The notes below the pieces were generated by a model. The model saw nothing but the letters and a program-made list of their open reading frames with translations, was not told where the DNA came from and searched no databases. Positions 51,260-64,000 of a stretch of DNA of 64,000 nt are shown one piece after another. Source of the stretch: Anolis carolinensis (lineage: Eukaryota); NCBI RefSeq assembly GCF_035594765.1, contig NC_085844.1, forward strand, positions 138,648,107 through 138,712,106, written 5' to 3'. Made by a program: the position numbers and the translations under genes. Positions within the stretch are counted from its first letter, which is position 1; each line of letters begins with the position of its first letter.

Positions 51260-51929
51260 GGGCTTGTTTGTAACACCAACCCATCTGTAATGGAGCTACC
51301 CAAAATTCACCCTGTTAGTGCCTGTAATGTACAATATTGAAATTTTATTGTCATCAACATTTTGATCAGCACTCCCCCCATTGCATAATTTGCTCCAGCA
51401 AAGATCCCAAGCTCCTCTTTTGGGTTCTAGGTGTAGGGCTTCAGTGGAATTGTCACCATTCAAATTGTTGGATGTGATCACCAGCCCTTGAGCTCTCCAT
51501 GACAATCCTCTCAAAGGGGGGCCAAGAGCGAGATTGGAGCGGCTCCAAGCAATGCGAGGGAATGATCCTCCACTTGCTTACGTTTGAGTAAACCATCAGT
51601 CTGAGCAAGGATTATGGTATTCACAAAAATTTAAAGAAATATGCAGTGTTACAAAGCATACAACCTAGCCCCTAGCAGTGGAAATGTTGTCATTGTTTGC
51701 CACCCTAACAACTTTCCTCTCCCTGAAGACATCCCATTCTAGATTGTGTACACAGAAACAAATCAGATTTTCCTAGAAACCACCGAACAAGGAATAAATT
51801 TTGGTATATCACATTAAACCCCCCCAAAGAAGTATTTTTGCTGCTAAAGGAGTTGTGCATTGTGTGTCAGGATCAAATTAGCTACAACCTGAGTATGACA
51901 CCCCCCCCCCCCCCCATGTAAACAGGCCC
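51260..51929. mobile_element. Harbinger-like non-autonomous element inserted in an older SINE (51175-52080)
   Basis: Ends gggcttgtttgta / tgtaaacaggccc|taa. The host SINE halves join across it. Confidence 0.65.
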
Positions 51930-52798
51930 TAAGTGACTTTGGGCAAGTCATGCTTTCTCAGCCTGAGATTTAGACTATGGCAAACTCCCTCTGAAGAAAT
52001 CTTGCCAAGAAAACTCTGTGATGGGGTTGCCTTTGGGTCAGCATACATCAGAAACAGCTTGCAAGACTAAGAACAACAAAGTCTTTTAATGGTGATACAG
52101 TTTGTGTTCATGGACAAGATCATTAGTAAAGGCACATGCAGTTATATAGTCTCAAGAATGAATCAATAATGACAATTGTTTTAAAGAACACTATTTAACT
52201 CAAGTAGCTAATTTCTGTAAAACAAATGATATAAAGTTTTGAAGTAGTAAGAAAAGGGTGAAGGAAATGATTTTCAGAAGTCACACTGTCTATAACATAA
52301 AAATCTAGTTTGCAAAATCCCAGATGTTGTTCCAGTGACGTCTGACTCTAATTTTTGGTGGAAAGTAATTTTATGTCATTACATGTAACATTCCTTGAAC
52401 AGTCTGACATTTTGTTTGGTTTTGTTTTATAAAGACATAAATTGCCACCAGAAGTTACCTAACAAATTAAATTGATTGCCTGAGTACACTTCCAGGATCA
52501 CATGATCTCAAGTTAAAACATTTTGGAAAGCCCCCCAAGTTTATTGGGCACCATATTTAAATTTACAATGCACTGAAGACCAAGAAGCTATCAAAATAAT
52601 TCCAGAATAAAGTTGTGCAGAAGCACCAGATAGAGTTAAGTATTTTAGATCCCAAATTATGAATACCATTAAATCCATTATCACTGTGTGGAAATAGCAT
52701 GATTCAGGTGTGGCTCTACCAAGAAAATGGTAGGGAATGCGGTTCACCAAATAAGGACGGAATTTTAGTCTGAGTTGCAAACAAGGAACCATTGGGTT

Positions 52799-53039
52799 GT
52801 TTTTTTTCATGTCAGGAGCAACCAGAGTTGCTTCTGGGGAGAATTGGCCGTCTGCAAGGACGTTGCCCAGGGGACGCTCGGATGTTTTGATGTTTTACTA
52901 TGTCCCTGCATGGAGCTGGAGCTGATAGAGGGAGCTCATCCACGCTGTCCCCGGGTGGGATTTGAACCTGGCAACTTTCAGGTCAGCAACCCAACCTTCA
53001 AGTCACAAGGCTTTTATCCCCTAGGCCATCGGAGGCTCC
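52799..53039 (-). mobile_element. tRNA-derived A-tailed SINE
   Basis: 31466 family; TSD attgggt. Confidence 0.88.
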
Positions 53040-53065
53040 ATTGGGTAACTCTGAAGGAGCTAGAG

Positions 53066-53200
53066 CAGTGTTTCTCAACCTGGGGTCCACAGATGTTTTT
53101 GGCCTTCACCTCCCAGAAATCCTAACAGCTGGTAAACTGGCTGGGATTTCTGGGAGTCGTAGGCCAAAAACACCTGGGGACCCCAGGTTGAGAACCACTG
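53066..53200. mobile_element. ~134-bp hAT MITE
   Basis: Perfect TSD agctagag. Confidence 0.9.
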
Positions 53201-53339
53201 AGCTAGAGCAATCTGAACCTTCTCAAAGCTGGGCTTTACAGAAGAGCAGTGAGAAGAAAGCATTGTTAAAACTAACCCTGTCAGTGCCCTTTGGGAGACA
53301 TCTTCAAACTATGCCTTTGCTATATAGTCTGAACTCTGC

Positions 53340-53452
53340 AAGATGGCTTATATTGTCATACTTTGGACATATCATGAGTGGACATAACTCACTAGATACT
53401 ACAATAATGCTTACAAAGTAGATAGCAGTAGGAAAAGAGGAAGACCACATTC
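53340..53452 (+). mobile_element. RTE/Bov-B C-terminal fragment
   Basis: LSYFGHIMSGHNSLDTTIML...SRKRGRP. Confidence 0.75.
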
Positions 53453-53828
53453 CTAAGACTCCACAAAGAAAGCCCGGTCTTGAATTTGCAAGACCAGAGC
53501 AGGGCCTTATATTGAAGTCGCTTGATGGCAGTTAACAACAAAAACACAGCAAAAATGCTGTGTGTGGTGCACATCATGCTCATTGCCTTGAGAACATAAT
53601 TCTCATAAGGAAGTATTATGTTGAGTGGAAGCTTTTCCTGGTTGGGACTGGGAAACTTGTTAGGAATGAGGGCAAGGTGGACAGAGACATACATGAGGCA
53701 ATTCTAAACGAAAACTTGTTTCAATCTGAAAGGGACTCGAGACTGTGCAGATGTTCAGTTTTCAACAAGACTGCGGTCCTAAATAAACAACTGATGTAAC
53801 ACTGAAGCATTTAAAAACAAGAACCTGG

Positions 53829-54250
53829 AATCATAGAGTTGGAAGAGAACACATTAGCCATCTAGTCCAACCCCCTGCCATGCAGGAAAAGCACAATCAA
53901 AAAACCTGTGACAGATTACCATCTAGCCTCTAAAAAGGAGCCTTCGCCACACTCTAATGCAGAGAGTTCCCCTGTTGAATTGCTTTTATGATCAGGAAGT
54001 TCTTCCTAATGTTGAACTGGAATCTCCTTCACTGTAATTTGAACACATTGCTCGAAGTCTCCAGGGCAGCAGAAAACAAATCTGCTCCCTCTTCCTTACA
54101 TTTTCCCCCCCAAATATTTAAACATGGTAATCATGTCTCCTCTCAGTCTTCTCTTCTGCGGGCTAAAGAGGACCAGCTCTTTAAGCTACTCCTCATAGGG
54201 CATGGTCTCCAGACCTTTGATCATTTTTGTCATCCTCTTCTGAACATGTT
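53829..54250 (-). mobile_element. CR1 LINE 3' fragment
   Basis: aatcatagagttggaagag...ccatctagtccaacccc and atcaggaagttcttcctaatgtt. Confidence 0.85.
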
Positions 54251-54457
54251 TTGTCTTAAGATAGTCCAGTAAAAACCTATATCTCTGTCTGATCAACTAT
54301 CCATGACAAGACTTGAAATAGCTATTTACCAATGGTTGCTATCCAACCTGACAGAGATGGATTAATTTTGACAAGGAGAATGGGTAAATCCCACAGGATC
54401 CAGATTGGCAAAGCTGGTAGAGACTTATCCAAGAAGACTCATGGCTGTAATTGTTAC

Positions 54458-54737
54458 CAGGCCTGTAGCGAGGGGGGGGGGGGTTAGGGGTTCAAACCCC
54501 CCCCCAAATTTTTCAAGTTATAAAAAAAATCTCGTTTACTCATGAATTTTAACTGGTTAACCAAATCCCCATGCTAAGTCTATGAGATGCAAAACATTAA
54601 GAGTCCCTCCAGGCACTATCTCAAGCAGATATTGACAGGTTTGTAGCAGGGAGGGGTATGTGCTAGGGGTTCAACCCCCCCCCCCCCCCCGAAATTTTCA
54701 AAACCCCTCCCGAAAATTTTTTCTGGCTACGGCCCTG
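54458..54737. mobile_element. hAT MITE
   Basis: TIR caggcctgtagc / gctacggccctg; perfect 8-bp TSD attgttac. Confidence 0.9.
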
Positions 54738-55871
54738 ATTGTTACATAATATGTTTTAACAAACATTAACCTGTCATGTGTGCATGTGAGTTCTTATGCA
54801 ACCAACTTGTACCACTTGTTTACTTAAATTTATACCACAATAAAAATAGCATGCATATATTGATTACCTTGTATAGATAAAGGGGTAACTATGCTAATTA
54901 AATGCATTCAAGTTCTCATTGATACACAAAAAAAGCGGGAAGGGGAGTTGAATACTTTTGCAAGACTGTTCTCTGGTGTACTCCATTAAGGATGTCTGAG
55001 TACAAATGTGGGGAAAAAGAAAATGTACATTCGAGTTGCTTATAATCATCTTAACTTCTCATGGAAAGTTATATTCAGTGATGATTTTAGCAGTAAACAC
55101 CAGGGATAGTGGAATTGTATCTCAGAGGTCCCTGGGAAGAACAGTTACCTCTTTCACATTTTAATCTGAAAACAGAAGTGAAGGTGTGTTAGGCTTTCAT
55201 TTTAATCTTTCATCTGATAATCACACATTCCTGAATAATGGCTATGACTGATAAAAACACTTTGTACGTATTCTGAGAAACTTGTCTTTAATCTCTCCAT
55301 GCTGATCCTGGGCATGCAAATGAATTGTCAAGTTAATGTATATGTGTGTTGTGTTATTGCATCCTATTTAGACAGGTGTTTTTCCCCTCCCATCTCTTTG
55401 TTTGCTGACTTATTTGCTTGAATGTTACACGTGCATTATAAGTAACTTACTTTTTCTTGCTAAAACATTAAACCTATAATCTTAGGTAAAAGACTGTAGT
55501 GACCCGTTAGTATTTGTTCAAAGTGCACTTCAATCTGAGGTCAAGCAAACAAAGCCAGCATTATGCCTTTGCATTTTTTTTTAAATGAGCCTGGTAAAAA
55601 TCCACTCAAAGTAACTTGTATCTTTTGTGAGGAGGGGAAAATGCCAGTAGCACTCTTTGAAGTGCTTCACACAGGAAATGATAGTCCAAGAGGATATGTT
55701 TAAAGGCTTTGGTAGGAAATAAATGGCACTGTGTTGTTGACGGGGAAAGATCTTGGCAAAACTGTTGTTGTGACTGTTCCTGCGGCTTAGAAAGGAATTT
55801 CCTACAGACTGGACTAACCATTAAAAATGTCTCTGCTTTTAGGAGGAGTCCAGCAGAGTTTTCACAGAGAA

Positions 55872-55928
55872 ATGTCAACTTCAGCCATGGACGCACAGTG
55901 TGTCGGTGAGAGAGGAAGCTTTTTTAAG
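55872..55928 (+). CDS. RIN2: RIN2 first coding exon (exon 55843-55928; CDS MSTSAMDAQCVGERGSFFK)
   Basis: Acceptor ctctgcttttAG ends at 55842, ATG at 55872, donor AAG|gtaact after 55928 (phase 0). The 19 codons align with the recalled human RIN2 N-terminus MTAWTMGARGLDKRGSFFK. Confidence 0.9.
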
Positions 55929-56327
55929 GTAACTGAAAATTCATCATAGATTTTTTCAGCAGGAAGCCATATTTTACTTTGAAATTGAAGGTGCTTTTCA
56001 GTGTATGCAAGTAACTTTCCAGATGCAGAGCCTTGACAGAGCATTTGAATCACTGAATTCTTGATTTCCATAGGTCAGACTTTTGTTACTTGATGGAGTG
56101 ACATAAAAAAAGCATGTTCTTTATTTCAACTTGATGCAAAAGTGTTTGGTCAGAAAGCAAGCTGCATTTACAGCTGTAACCATCATATTACTATTTCTTT
56201 GCATTCTGCCAGTTTGATGTTTCTCTGAAATCCAGATTCTTCAGTTGTGTGTTTGCTAAATTGTTATCCGATTTTTACATAGCAAGATATATTTTGTATT
56301 GATCTTGGCAGCTAGCAGTTTTAAATA

Positions 56328-56331
<4 letters not shown>

Positions 56332-56395
<64 letters not shown>
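56332..56395. repeat. (TG)n-TATA-(CA)n palindromic microsatellite
   Basis: Read directly from the sequence. Confidence 0.97.
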
Positions 56396-56396
<1 letters not shown>

Positions 56397-59300
56397 CTGT
56401 AGATTAAAGCTGAACCATAAGTAATAGGTTGCTGGGAGGGGGGGGGGGGAAGCAGAGTGTTTCTGTTAAAACCCCTGATTTCAGGCAGTTATAATTTTTC
56501 TTTTCAACCGTGAAGGAGTTCCCAGCTGCTGCAGATTTGTTATGAGACAGATTACTTGAAAGAGTTTACCACTCAATATGAGCTCAACATTTTTTTTGCT
56601 TACACTCTAGTTCTTAAAATCCACCTCAGCTGTGGAAATAGTGGTTGATACTACACCAGCTGAAGCCAGTTCCTGTGCTTCACAAGTGGGCAAAGCTGGC
56701 CTGGCATTTAAATCATTTCCTTCATTTCCTGACTAAAAACATGAAGGCTTTTTGGCTGTGCCTGATGCATATCCTTGGCACACCCCTGGTCTAGGCAAGA
56801 AATGGGCACCACTTATTATGATTATGTTCGATGGTTTAAAACTAGTCTTCTTTAATGAAACGTCAGAGGAAATGATCAGGTTCTTAGAAGAAGAAAAAAC
56901 ATGGAATAGGACTCCAGAAAAAGTCCTTTAGATGGGCTCTCTCATGTTGCTTGTGATATCTTCTACTGCATTCTTGGCTTCTAAGGTTGTGGTGATTGTT
57001 TACAATTGTATAGTTTTATTAGTAACCACTGGTACTTTATAGACTAATAGAAAGAGAAGAAAACAACCCTGTCCTGTAATGCCTATAGTGTTAAAATCAA
57101 CTAACTGTTGTTATCACAATATGTGATAGAAGATTTATCGCTGACCTCTAGGAAGTTTGCTAAAAACATCTTAAAAGTAACTTCATCATACTCTTAACAT
57201 CAATTTTTTTTTTGCTGTATACTTAAAACATGGTTGCCATTCACTCTTCTTTAAATACCTATGTTTATGTTTCCAAGGATACATTTAGAAAGGATATCAT
57301 TCACACAATTAGGAAGTGTAAATACAAATAATAATAATTTTGAGACAATAGTAGGCATAATTGATCCTGATTTAGATCAGAACTGTGGAGAGGCAAATTG
57401 GAATACTTCTCACTTTCTCTTCCAATCACATCTGCTGTATACATTACTAATTGTGTCTTTCTTCTACTGTAAACTGAAGGTATAGCTTCCCTTGATGAGA
57501 ACACAGTGATGCACAAGGAGTTAGATCTTGATACACTAATCTAAATTGGCATGCTGTGCCTGGTGTTTATACTAAACACACTCACATAAATCCCATTGGC
57601 ACAATTGCTATTGTGTAAATAATTTCACATCTGAGAATCTGGATTCGGCCAAGATCCCTTGTGGTTCTGTGCACCAAGTTACCATAGGAACTTTTAAAGA
57701 TAAAAGCTATATATTTGTGGCAAACTTTTGTATTTTTTATGGAAGGTATAGGGTGTCCTATATTTGTAGCCTGTTTGTGCAGTAGAATGGGAATCCACTT
57801 TGTAAGTTCTTGCCCATGTTTTAACTGACTATTCCCCTCAGTGTACTTTTATGATGCTTTTGAATCTGGATTTTTTTTCCTATTATCATTACATTTGCCC
57901 TCTTCAAAACATTATATCCAGTCTGTATTCTCTTTCCAGTATATCAGCATATAAATTGCAGCAAGTTTTCCTGGATTCCTGAATAGATTTTTTTTATTCC
58001 CATATCAATGACACCTGGTTTTTTACTCTTTTCCACTGCCTGTGTTCTATCAAGATTTAATGCATACTTTATAAATGCTAGTAATAAATTCCAGAATTAC
58101 ATTGCAAAGCAACGGCCAGTTGTTGAACTACTAAAAATATCTTGATGGTACACATAACTTCAGAGGAATGCACCAGCAAAAACAGAATTATGCCTCCATT
58201 GTTGGCTGTCTGCCACAGCCTGAGACAAGGTGGCTTTTAAGACTGTGGGAGCTTCACTAGTTGAAAAGAAAACAAACTGCAAATATGCAGAAGGATGCAG
58301 ACATAATTTACAGAGGGGATATTTACACCAGATGTAGTGTTCTTTGGATCCGCAACTTCATCCCGCCCACTCACTCACATATCTGCCCACTCCCCCTGCT
58401 CGCCACCCCAAGTGCCCTCCCCCCCCCCCACAGTTCAGGCTCTGTGTCTCTAAAAGGTTCACCATCACTGCCCTAGAACATGGAATGCAGGGCGTCAGTT
58501 TAACATGCAGGGCGTCAGTTTAACATCTCATGGTGTAGACAAATCCGTATATGATCGAAACTCTGCAACTTTTTCCTGTTTGGCTCTGCCAGGGAAATCC
58601 ACTTGAGTAGCCTTAGGAAAGTCACACTCTCTCAACCTCAGGAGAAGGCAAATGAAAGCCCCATCTGAACAAATTTTGCCAGGAAAACCTCATGACAAAG
58701 TTGGAAACAACATGCTGGAAACTATTTAAGCTTACAGCAATGTCGTGTGTTTTTCCTACCATGGCGGGGAAATCTTCATTAATCCTATAGCAAAGTGTGC
58801 ATACTGATGATACTCAACTCTAGCAGAACCACAATAATCATTATTTGGATTCAGGTCAGACAAGCTTGGCACGGAAACAGCCGTAGCTGCTATGACTGGC
58901 AATCTATGTCAAAAAATAACTACAGGGGGAGTTTAAATTGTAGATCTCCCTTGATTTCTAAGAGGCCTTTGTTACAACTGGCATCTTACTGGGCCAGATC
59001 TTTGGAATGGGAGTAAGAGGTTTTATATTCCTCCTAGATACACTCAGCTAGTTACTGTATAACATAAGGAAAAAGGGTGTGTGCATGGCTCTCCAGTATT
59101 ATAGAAATTAAAATAATCTTTGTGTGTGTGACAGTGACAATAAAAGAGTTTTTCAAAAACAAAATGCAGTTTAGTTCTAATGATAATACAGTGGCATGTT
59201 GTTTCATATATGCTATAGGAAATCAGTACTTCATTCATATGCTTATTTTTAATATAGGATTGGAGATAAATGCCCAAGAAAAAATGTCAAAGGCATTTTT

Positions 59301-59664
59301 GTATATAATGCAACATTTCTAAACTAATTAATGGGGGTTTAGAATTTGCCAGGAGAAAACCCAAACCTCTTTGTAATTTCTTATTTTTCAAATTTTGTTA
59401 GAGGTATGCATCCCTCTGGTGGACAGAACTATAAAAGAAATGCTTTTAACAGGCACACAAGATTACATCACGCCAAGAGACAGGAACCACAGCATTTGTA
59501 GTAATTTGCTCACTTTTTAGTATAGCTCCTGAACAATGTGGGTTTTGTCGCCTTTCTCTGTGTTTTCAGTCTGGAACCCAGAAGAGAGGCAACAGTGTCC
59601 CCCCATCTCACTCACCAGGCACTAGGTCCAACAGCAGCCAGGGACTTAGGCACACCCCAAAAGT

Positions 59665-60030
59665 AGAATCAAAGAATCCTAGGGCTGGAAGAGACTTGAA
59701 GGGCCATCCAGTCCAATCCCCTGTCATGCACAATGACCACCCAGTCTCTACTTAAAACTCTCCAGAGAAGGAGATCCCACCACACTCCAAAGCAGCATAT
59801 TGCATTATCAAACAACTCTTGATGTCAGGAATTTCTTCCTAATATTCAGGTGGAATCTCTTTTCTTGCAGTTTAAATCCATTGCTCCATGTCCAAATCTT
59901 CAGAGTAGCAGAAAACAAGTTTTCTCTATCTTAAATATGACATCATTTCAAATATTTAAACATGGTCATCATGTCCCCGCTTAACCTTCTCCTCCAGGCT
60001 AAACATACCCTAAGCTGCTCCTTATAGGAC
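59665..60030 (-). mobile_element. CR1 LINE 3' fragment
   Basis: (agaatc)n tail; same motifs as 53829. Confidence 0.85.
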
Positions 60031-60493
60031 TTGGCTTCCCCCCAAAATGTGCATTCTTATTATTTTGTTTAAAAACCAAATAACTACCATTGATTTTTGT
60101 GAGAAAATCGTCAATCACAGACCTGGGGACAAGTTGACAATGGGGGCAAAGCATGTTACATCTCTGTAGCGTGGGTGGTCTGCCCACCTTTTACATGGAT
60201 CCTATGGGAAGCCTGGTGTCCCTATGTGTGTCAAAGAGCAATCACACTCTATTCTAAAGCTATTCTAGATTTCATCTCCCAGAATCCCATACTCTTGGCC
60301 ATGGTGACTGGGGCTTTTGCAATTTGAATTCAAAAAGACAGGGGAAACCAAGTGTTGAGAACCAGTCCCATTTAGATTCTCATTCCTCAGACATTCCTGC
60401 ATCTTGGCAAGCATAAGGAAATTTTGCTCAACCTTATGGCTAGTTGATAATCTTTTGACAACACTGTGTTTGTGGTACAGTGTGTCTTTGTGT

Positions 60494-60507
60494 CCAGTAG
60501 GGGGCAC
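60494..60507 (+). promoter_or_regulatory. CTCF core motif
   Basis: CCAGTAGGGGGCAC matches CCASYAGRKGGCRS at every position, in unique sequence. Confidence 0.55.
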
Positions 60508-61295
60508 GTGAGCACTAGAAGGTCCACTGAAACAAATTACTGGTACAGACTATTAATATGTAGGTGCAAAAGACCTGTTTGGGATGGAGAAATCGGTCAA
60601 TCTCTAGCTAATTATTTGAAAAAATAATTTTATTTTGAATCTATCCCCTAAAGCAATTCATATTAACAAACATCATAACATTGAATACACATTTGCATTT
60701 GCATTTTATTCATTTCTGAGCCAAAAACAACATTGCAAAACAGTGATGCATGCAGAAACGTAAGGGTGACTGTATTATGTTCTGTATATTGGTCTGCAGA
60801 TCATATCAATTCACATAAATCATGAGAGACAAACCAACTCCTTGATCAAATCTAGCATTGCAGTATCAAAATGAGGAATACCATGAGAAGAGAGATACAA
60901 TTCTTCCCTTTGACTTGGCCAGATCTTCCCTTAAGAGAGAGCAGAAGTGGTCCTTCTTTAACACCTCAAGTCTGCTTTCAATTCCACTTTCAGTCATGAC
61001 ATCTGATATTTTGCTGTATCAAACAATTATTCATAATATTGACCGTATACCTCACACACATACTTTCATATAACAAGGAAAAACAGTTGTGATGCATTTT
61101 AATAAATTAAAATAAATGTAATACATTCTGATTAGAATTTTGATTGCTACTTCCAACAATGACATGGTGTTTTGGCATTAACACCCAACCTTCCCATGTT
61201 ACTGATTACTGGGAGTTTAAGAAATGTTATTCACCAGGAGCACATTGCATTACTAGTTGGTAACGGAGCTTGCGAGACGGTGTTTTTTTTCTATG

Positions 61296-61405
61296 TGTTG
61301 TCGAAGGCTTTCATGGCCAGAATCACTGGGTTGTTGTGCATTTTCCAGGCTGTATGGCCATTTTCCGGGCTGTATGGCCAGGACAGAATGCTTCTGGAAC
61401 AGCCC
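61296..61405 (-). mobile_element. Short Penelope terminal fragment with fold-back
   Basis: tgttgtcgaaggctttcatggccagaatcactgggttg..., followed by inverted gaatgcttctggaac. A similar fragment lies at 11565-11648. Confidence 0.7.
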
Positions 61406-61990
61406 AGAAAATGCAGAAAAACCTGGTGTTTTTCTTCTTTTCTATTTCTAAATTTATAAACAAGGGCCCGACACTGAGCACCTCATGCTCTAATTCCCAG
61501 TCAAGCTCTTCCTGGGAGATGATTAAATAGATGAGAAGGGTCTGGGACCCTGTTCTAGTACTTGTCCCTGGTAATTATTATTGGACATATCTGGAACCTG
61601 GTAAAGTTATACATAATCACATAATGCCACTACCCGAACTAAGAAGAAGAAAAAGTACAACTTCTCTGCTGTGAGGCCTTTCTTTATATGGAGAGAAATC
61701 AACTGAATGCTTCCCCTAAGAAATTCATACTTGGCTTTAATAATAGTAATTCTGTTGTTGTTGTGTGCTGTCAAGTCATTTCCAGCAATTCGTATTTCAT
61801 TTGACAGAATGCACAGAGTTGCTGGTGCAGCATGGTGGCTAAAAGCCAGCAATGTCCTGGCTCAAGATATTATCCGAGTCCTGACCTCTCTAGGTGGCCT
61901 TTCATATTCCCCAACTCAGCCAGAAACCTATTTCCAATTTACTGAATAATAAACACCCTATCAACAAAGCTGTTACAGATTTCATAAATA

Positions 61991-62449
61991 CAGTAGAGTC
62001 TTGCTTATCCAACATAAATGGGCCAGCAGAACATTGGATAAGAGAAAATGTTGGAGAATAAGGAGGGATTAAGAAAAAGCCTATTAAATGTCAAATTACA
62101 TTATGATTTTACAAACCAAAACATCATGTTTTACAACAAATTGACACAAAAAGGAGTTCAATACATGGTAATGTTATGTAGTAATAACTGTATTTATGAA
62201 TTTAGCACCAAAACATTTCAATATATTGAAAACATTGACTACAAAAACATTGACTACTAAAAATTGATTACAAATTAAGAGAAAACTACATAAAATGAAC
62301 TTACAGTAACAACATTGTTGGAAGTTATATCCATAAAAAATTCAGTCCTTGCTGCCTAGAGAAACAGCTGTGGATCCAGGCAGGATCCACAATATATTAT
62401 ATTTATTGTGTTGGATAATCCCAAATGTTGGATAAGCGAGATTCTACTG
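61991..62449. mobile_element. Tigger/pogo-like MITE (longer variant)
   Basis: Same TIR family; TA TSD. Confidence 0.85.
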
Positions 62450-62943
62450 TATATGTAAGTTGCCATAAATACTCAGTGTCAGGGTAGAAGCTATATGATC
62501 CTCCTCACCATTGACTATGGTTCTGAATCCAAACAAGGGGTAACATCATTCTCATACTTGTTATATATGTTATAGACATGATTCAGCCTTTAAAACTGCC
62601 AGTGTGGGATAGTGGGTTGATGTTGGTCTAAGAAGCTGGCAAACCGGTATTCAGATCCTCGTTCAACCATGGAAACCCACTGAATGACCTTAGGCAATTC
62701 ACTTTCGCACAGCTTCAGAGAAAGGCAATGGCAAATCTTAGCTAGACAATGCTGGTATTGGGTTACCATAGATTTGTCATAAGTTGGAAATGACAGGTAT
62801 CCCAACAACAACACTGATTCAGCCAAAGTAAAGCATGCTGAATTTTGTCTGGATTGTATCCCAATTGTTTTTTAAGCTTGCTAGGTTGTAGCATAGTTTA
62901 GTAGTTCTCTAAGCTGGATGTATATGTTCTTGGTTTGTGTTAG

Positions 62944-62944
<1 letters not shown>

Positions 62945-62994
<50 letters not shown>
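62945..62994. repeat. (CT)n microsatellite
   Basis: Read directly from the sequence. Confidence 0.97.
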
Positions 62995-62997
<3 letters not shown>

Positions 62998-63290
62998 ACT
63001 TCTCAGAAAGGCAGTAAAATGTTGATATATTTTTATATAGCCACGTCTGTAAATAATACAGCCAGCACTAAGAATCAAGGTCAGGAATTTCCCAGCATTA
63101 TCAACATCATTTTTTCCACCTTTAGTAGTTGATAGTGTTTCCTTATCCTGCCCAGCCCCCCTCTCCACCCTTAGGAAAAGGAAGTCAAAATTAAAATGAA
63201 TTGTAATGTCTAGTGATTCATCCTGTTTGTCCTTCTGTTTCCACACATCTCCCGCTTATTGGTGTCATACTGTTTTTTCCCTTTGTCTAG

Positions 63291-63385
63291 TTAATTGACA
63301 CAATCGCTTCAGAAATCGGAGAACTGAAACAAGAAATGGTACACACAGATCTAGTGCTGGAAGATGGGCCCACAAGTTTACAAAG
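63291..63385 (+). CDS. RIN2: RIN2 second coding exon (LIDTIASEIGELKQEMVHTDLVLEDGPTSLQ...)
   Basis: Pyrimidine tract plus ctAG acceptor at 63289-90 and donor AG|gtaagt at 63386. The translation matches recalled RIN2 LIDTIASEIGELKQEMVRTD and is in frame with the previous exon. Confidence 0.95.
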
Positions 63386-64000
63386 GTAAGTTAAAATCTA
63401 TGTAATATTGCTGAATAGCATTGTATGACAAATGTTTGTAGTGCTGATATGGTGTTTTAGTTATAATGATATTTAATTGATTTTTATCTCTATCACTATG
63501 AGACATTGCATTTTTTCTATACTTATTAAAGCCATTTGCCTGTGGCAGCACCTGGTGATGAAACTGTGTGAGTGTTTGCTCCATTTCCTGTAACAATAGC
63601 CAATTTCTATGGCATTGATATCTCATTTAAAATGAAACCTAACTTTGTGAAATCTGAAGGGACTCAGTAAAGAAATTTAATGAGCTCTCAGTTTAGTTAC
63701 TGAGACATTTCAGCTTAAATGGAATTACACTTTGAAAAAGTAAAGGCAATTTATTATATAATTGTATTGAAGTCACTGGGGAACATTTTGTCATTTTCAT
63801 TTAAATAAAAGTAGAGGCAAAACTCAACTATATGTAGGATTTATGCTTCAGTTAAAATGGTGCTGAAATATAATTTTAAACTATTTTCATTTCAACTTTG
63901 TGATGCTTTTCTGACTTCAAAATCACTTCAAAGGGTTTCAAATGCATTGTTTGCATTTCATTTTTTGTTCACACAGTTGTTAATAATAGTTAATACAGTT

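Larger units (their letters stand above)
53540..54968 (+). mobile_element. Degenerate Tc1 transposon, interrupted by CR1 and hAT insertions
   Basis: GTGKLVRNEGKVDRDIHEAILNENLFQS...FQQD (DDE region), C-terminal KLVETYPRRLMAVI, and TIR-like end gaatacttttgcaagactg. Confidence 0.75.

Overview
This is a eukaryotic (squamate) genomic window. The repeat complement (Sauria SINE, L2-tailed Anolis-type SINE, Penelope, Bov-B/RTE, SPIN-like hAT, Helitron) points to an Anolis-like lizard. It contains the 5' part of RIN2 (Ras and Rab interactor 2) on the + strand: a CpG-island promoter with a probable non-coding first exon (donor after 29545), the ATG exon 55843-55928 (MSTSAMDAQCVGERGSFFK) and the next coding exon 63291-63385 (LIDTIASEIGELKQEMV...). 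The gene continues beyond the window. The first ~8.5 kb look like the 3' end of an unidentified + strand gene (candidate alternative terminal exons, a 3' UTR and polyA signals). The rest is intergenic or intronic DNA packed with nested transposons. Nearly all ORFs in the six-frame track are repeat-derived or spurious. I did not find a convincingly novel biological system. The best leads are a TE-built composite Helitron, Penelope hammerhead ribozyme motifs, a solo LTR with a long reading frame, a MITE carrying convergent CTCF-like motifs next to the RIN2 promoter, and a candidate 33-nt RIN2 micro-exon with a uORF arrangement. Family names come from recalled consensus motifs, not from database searches.
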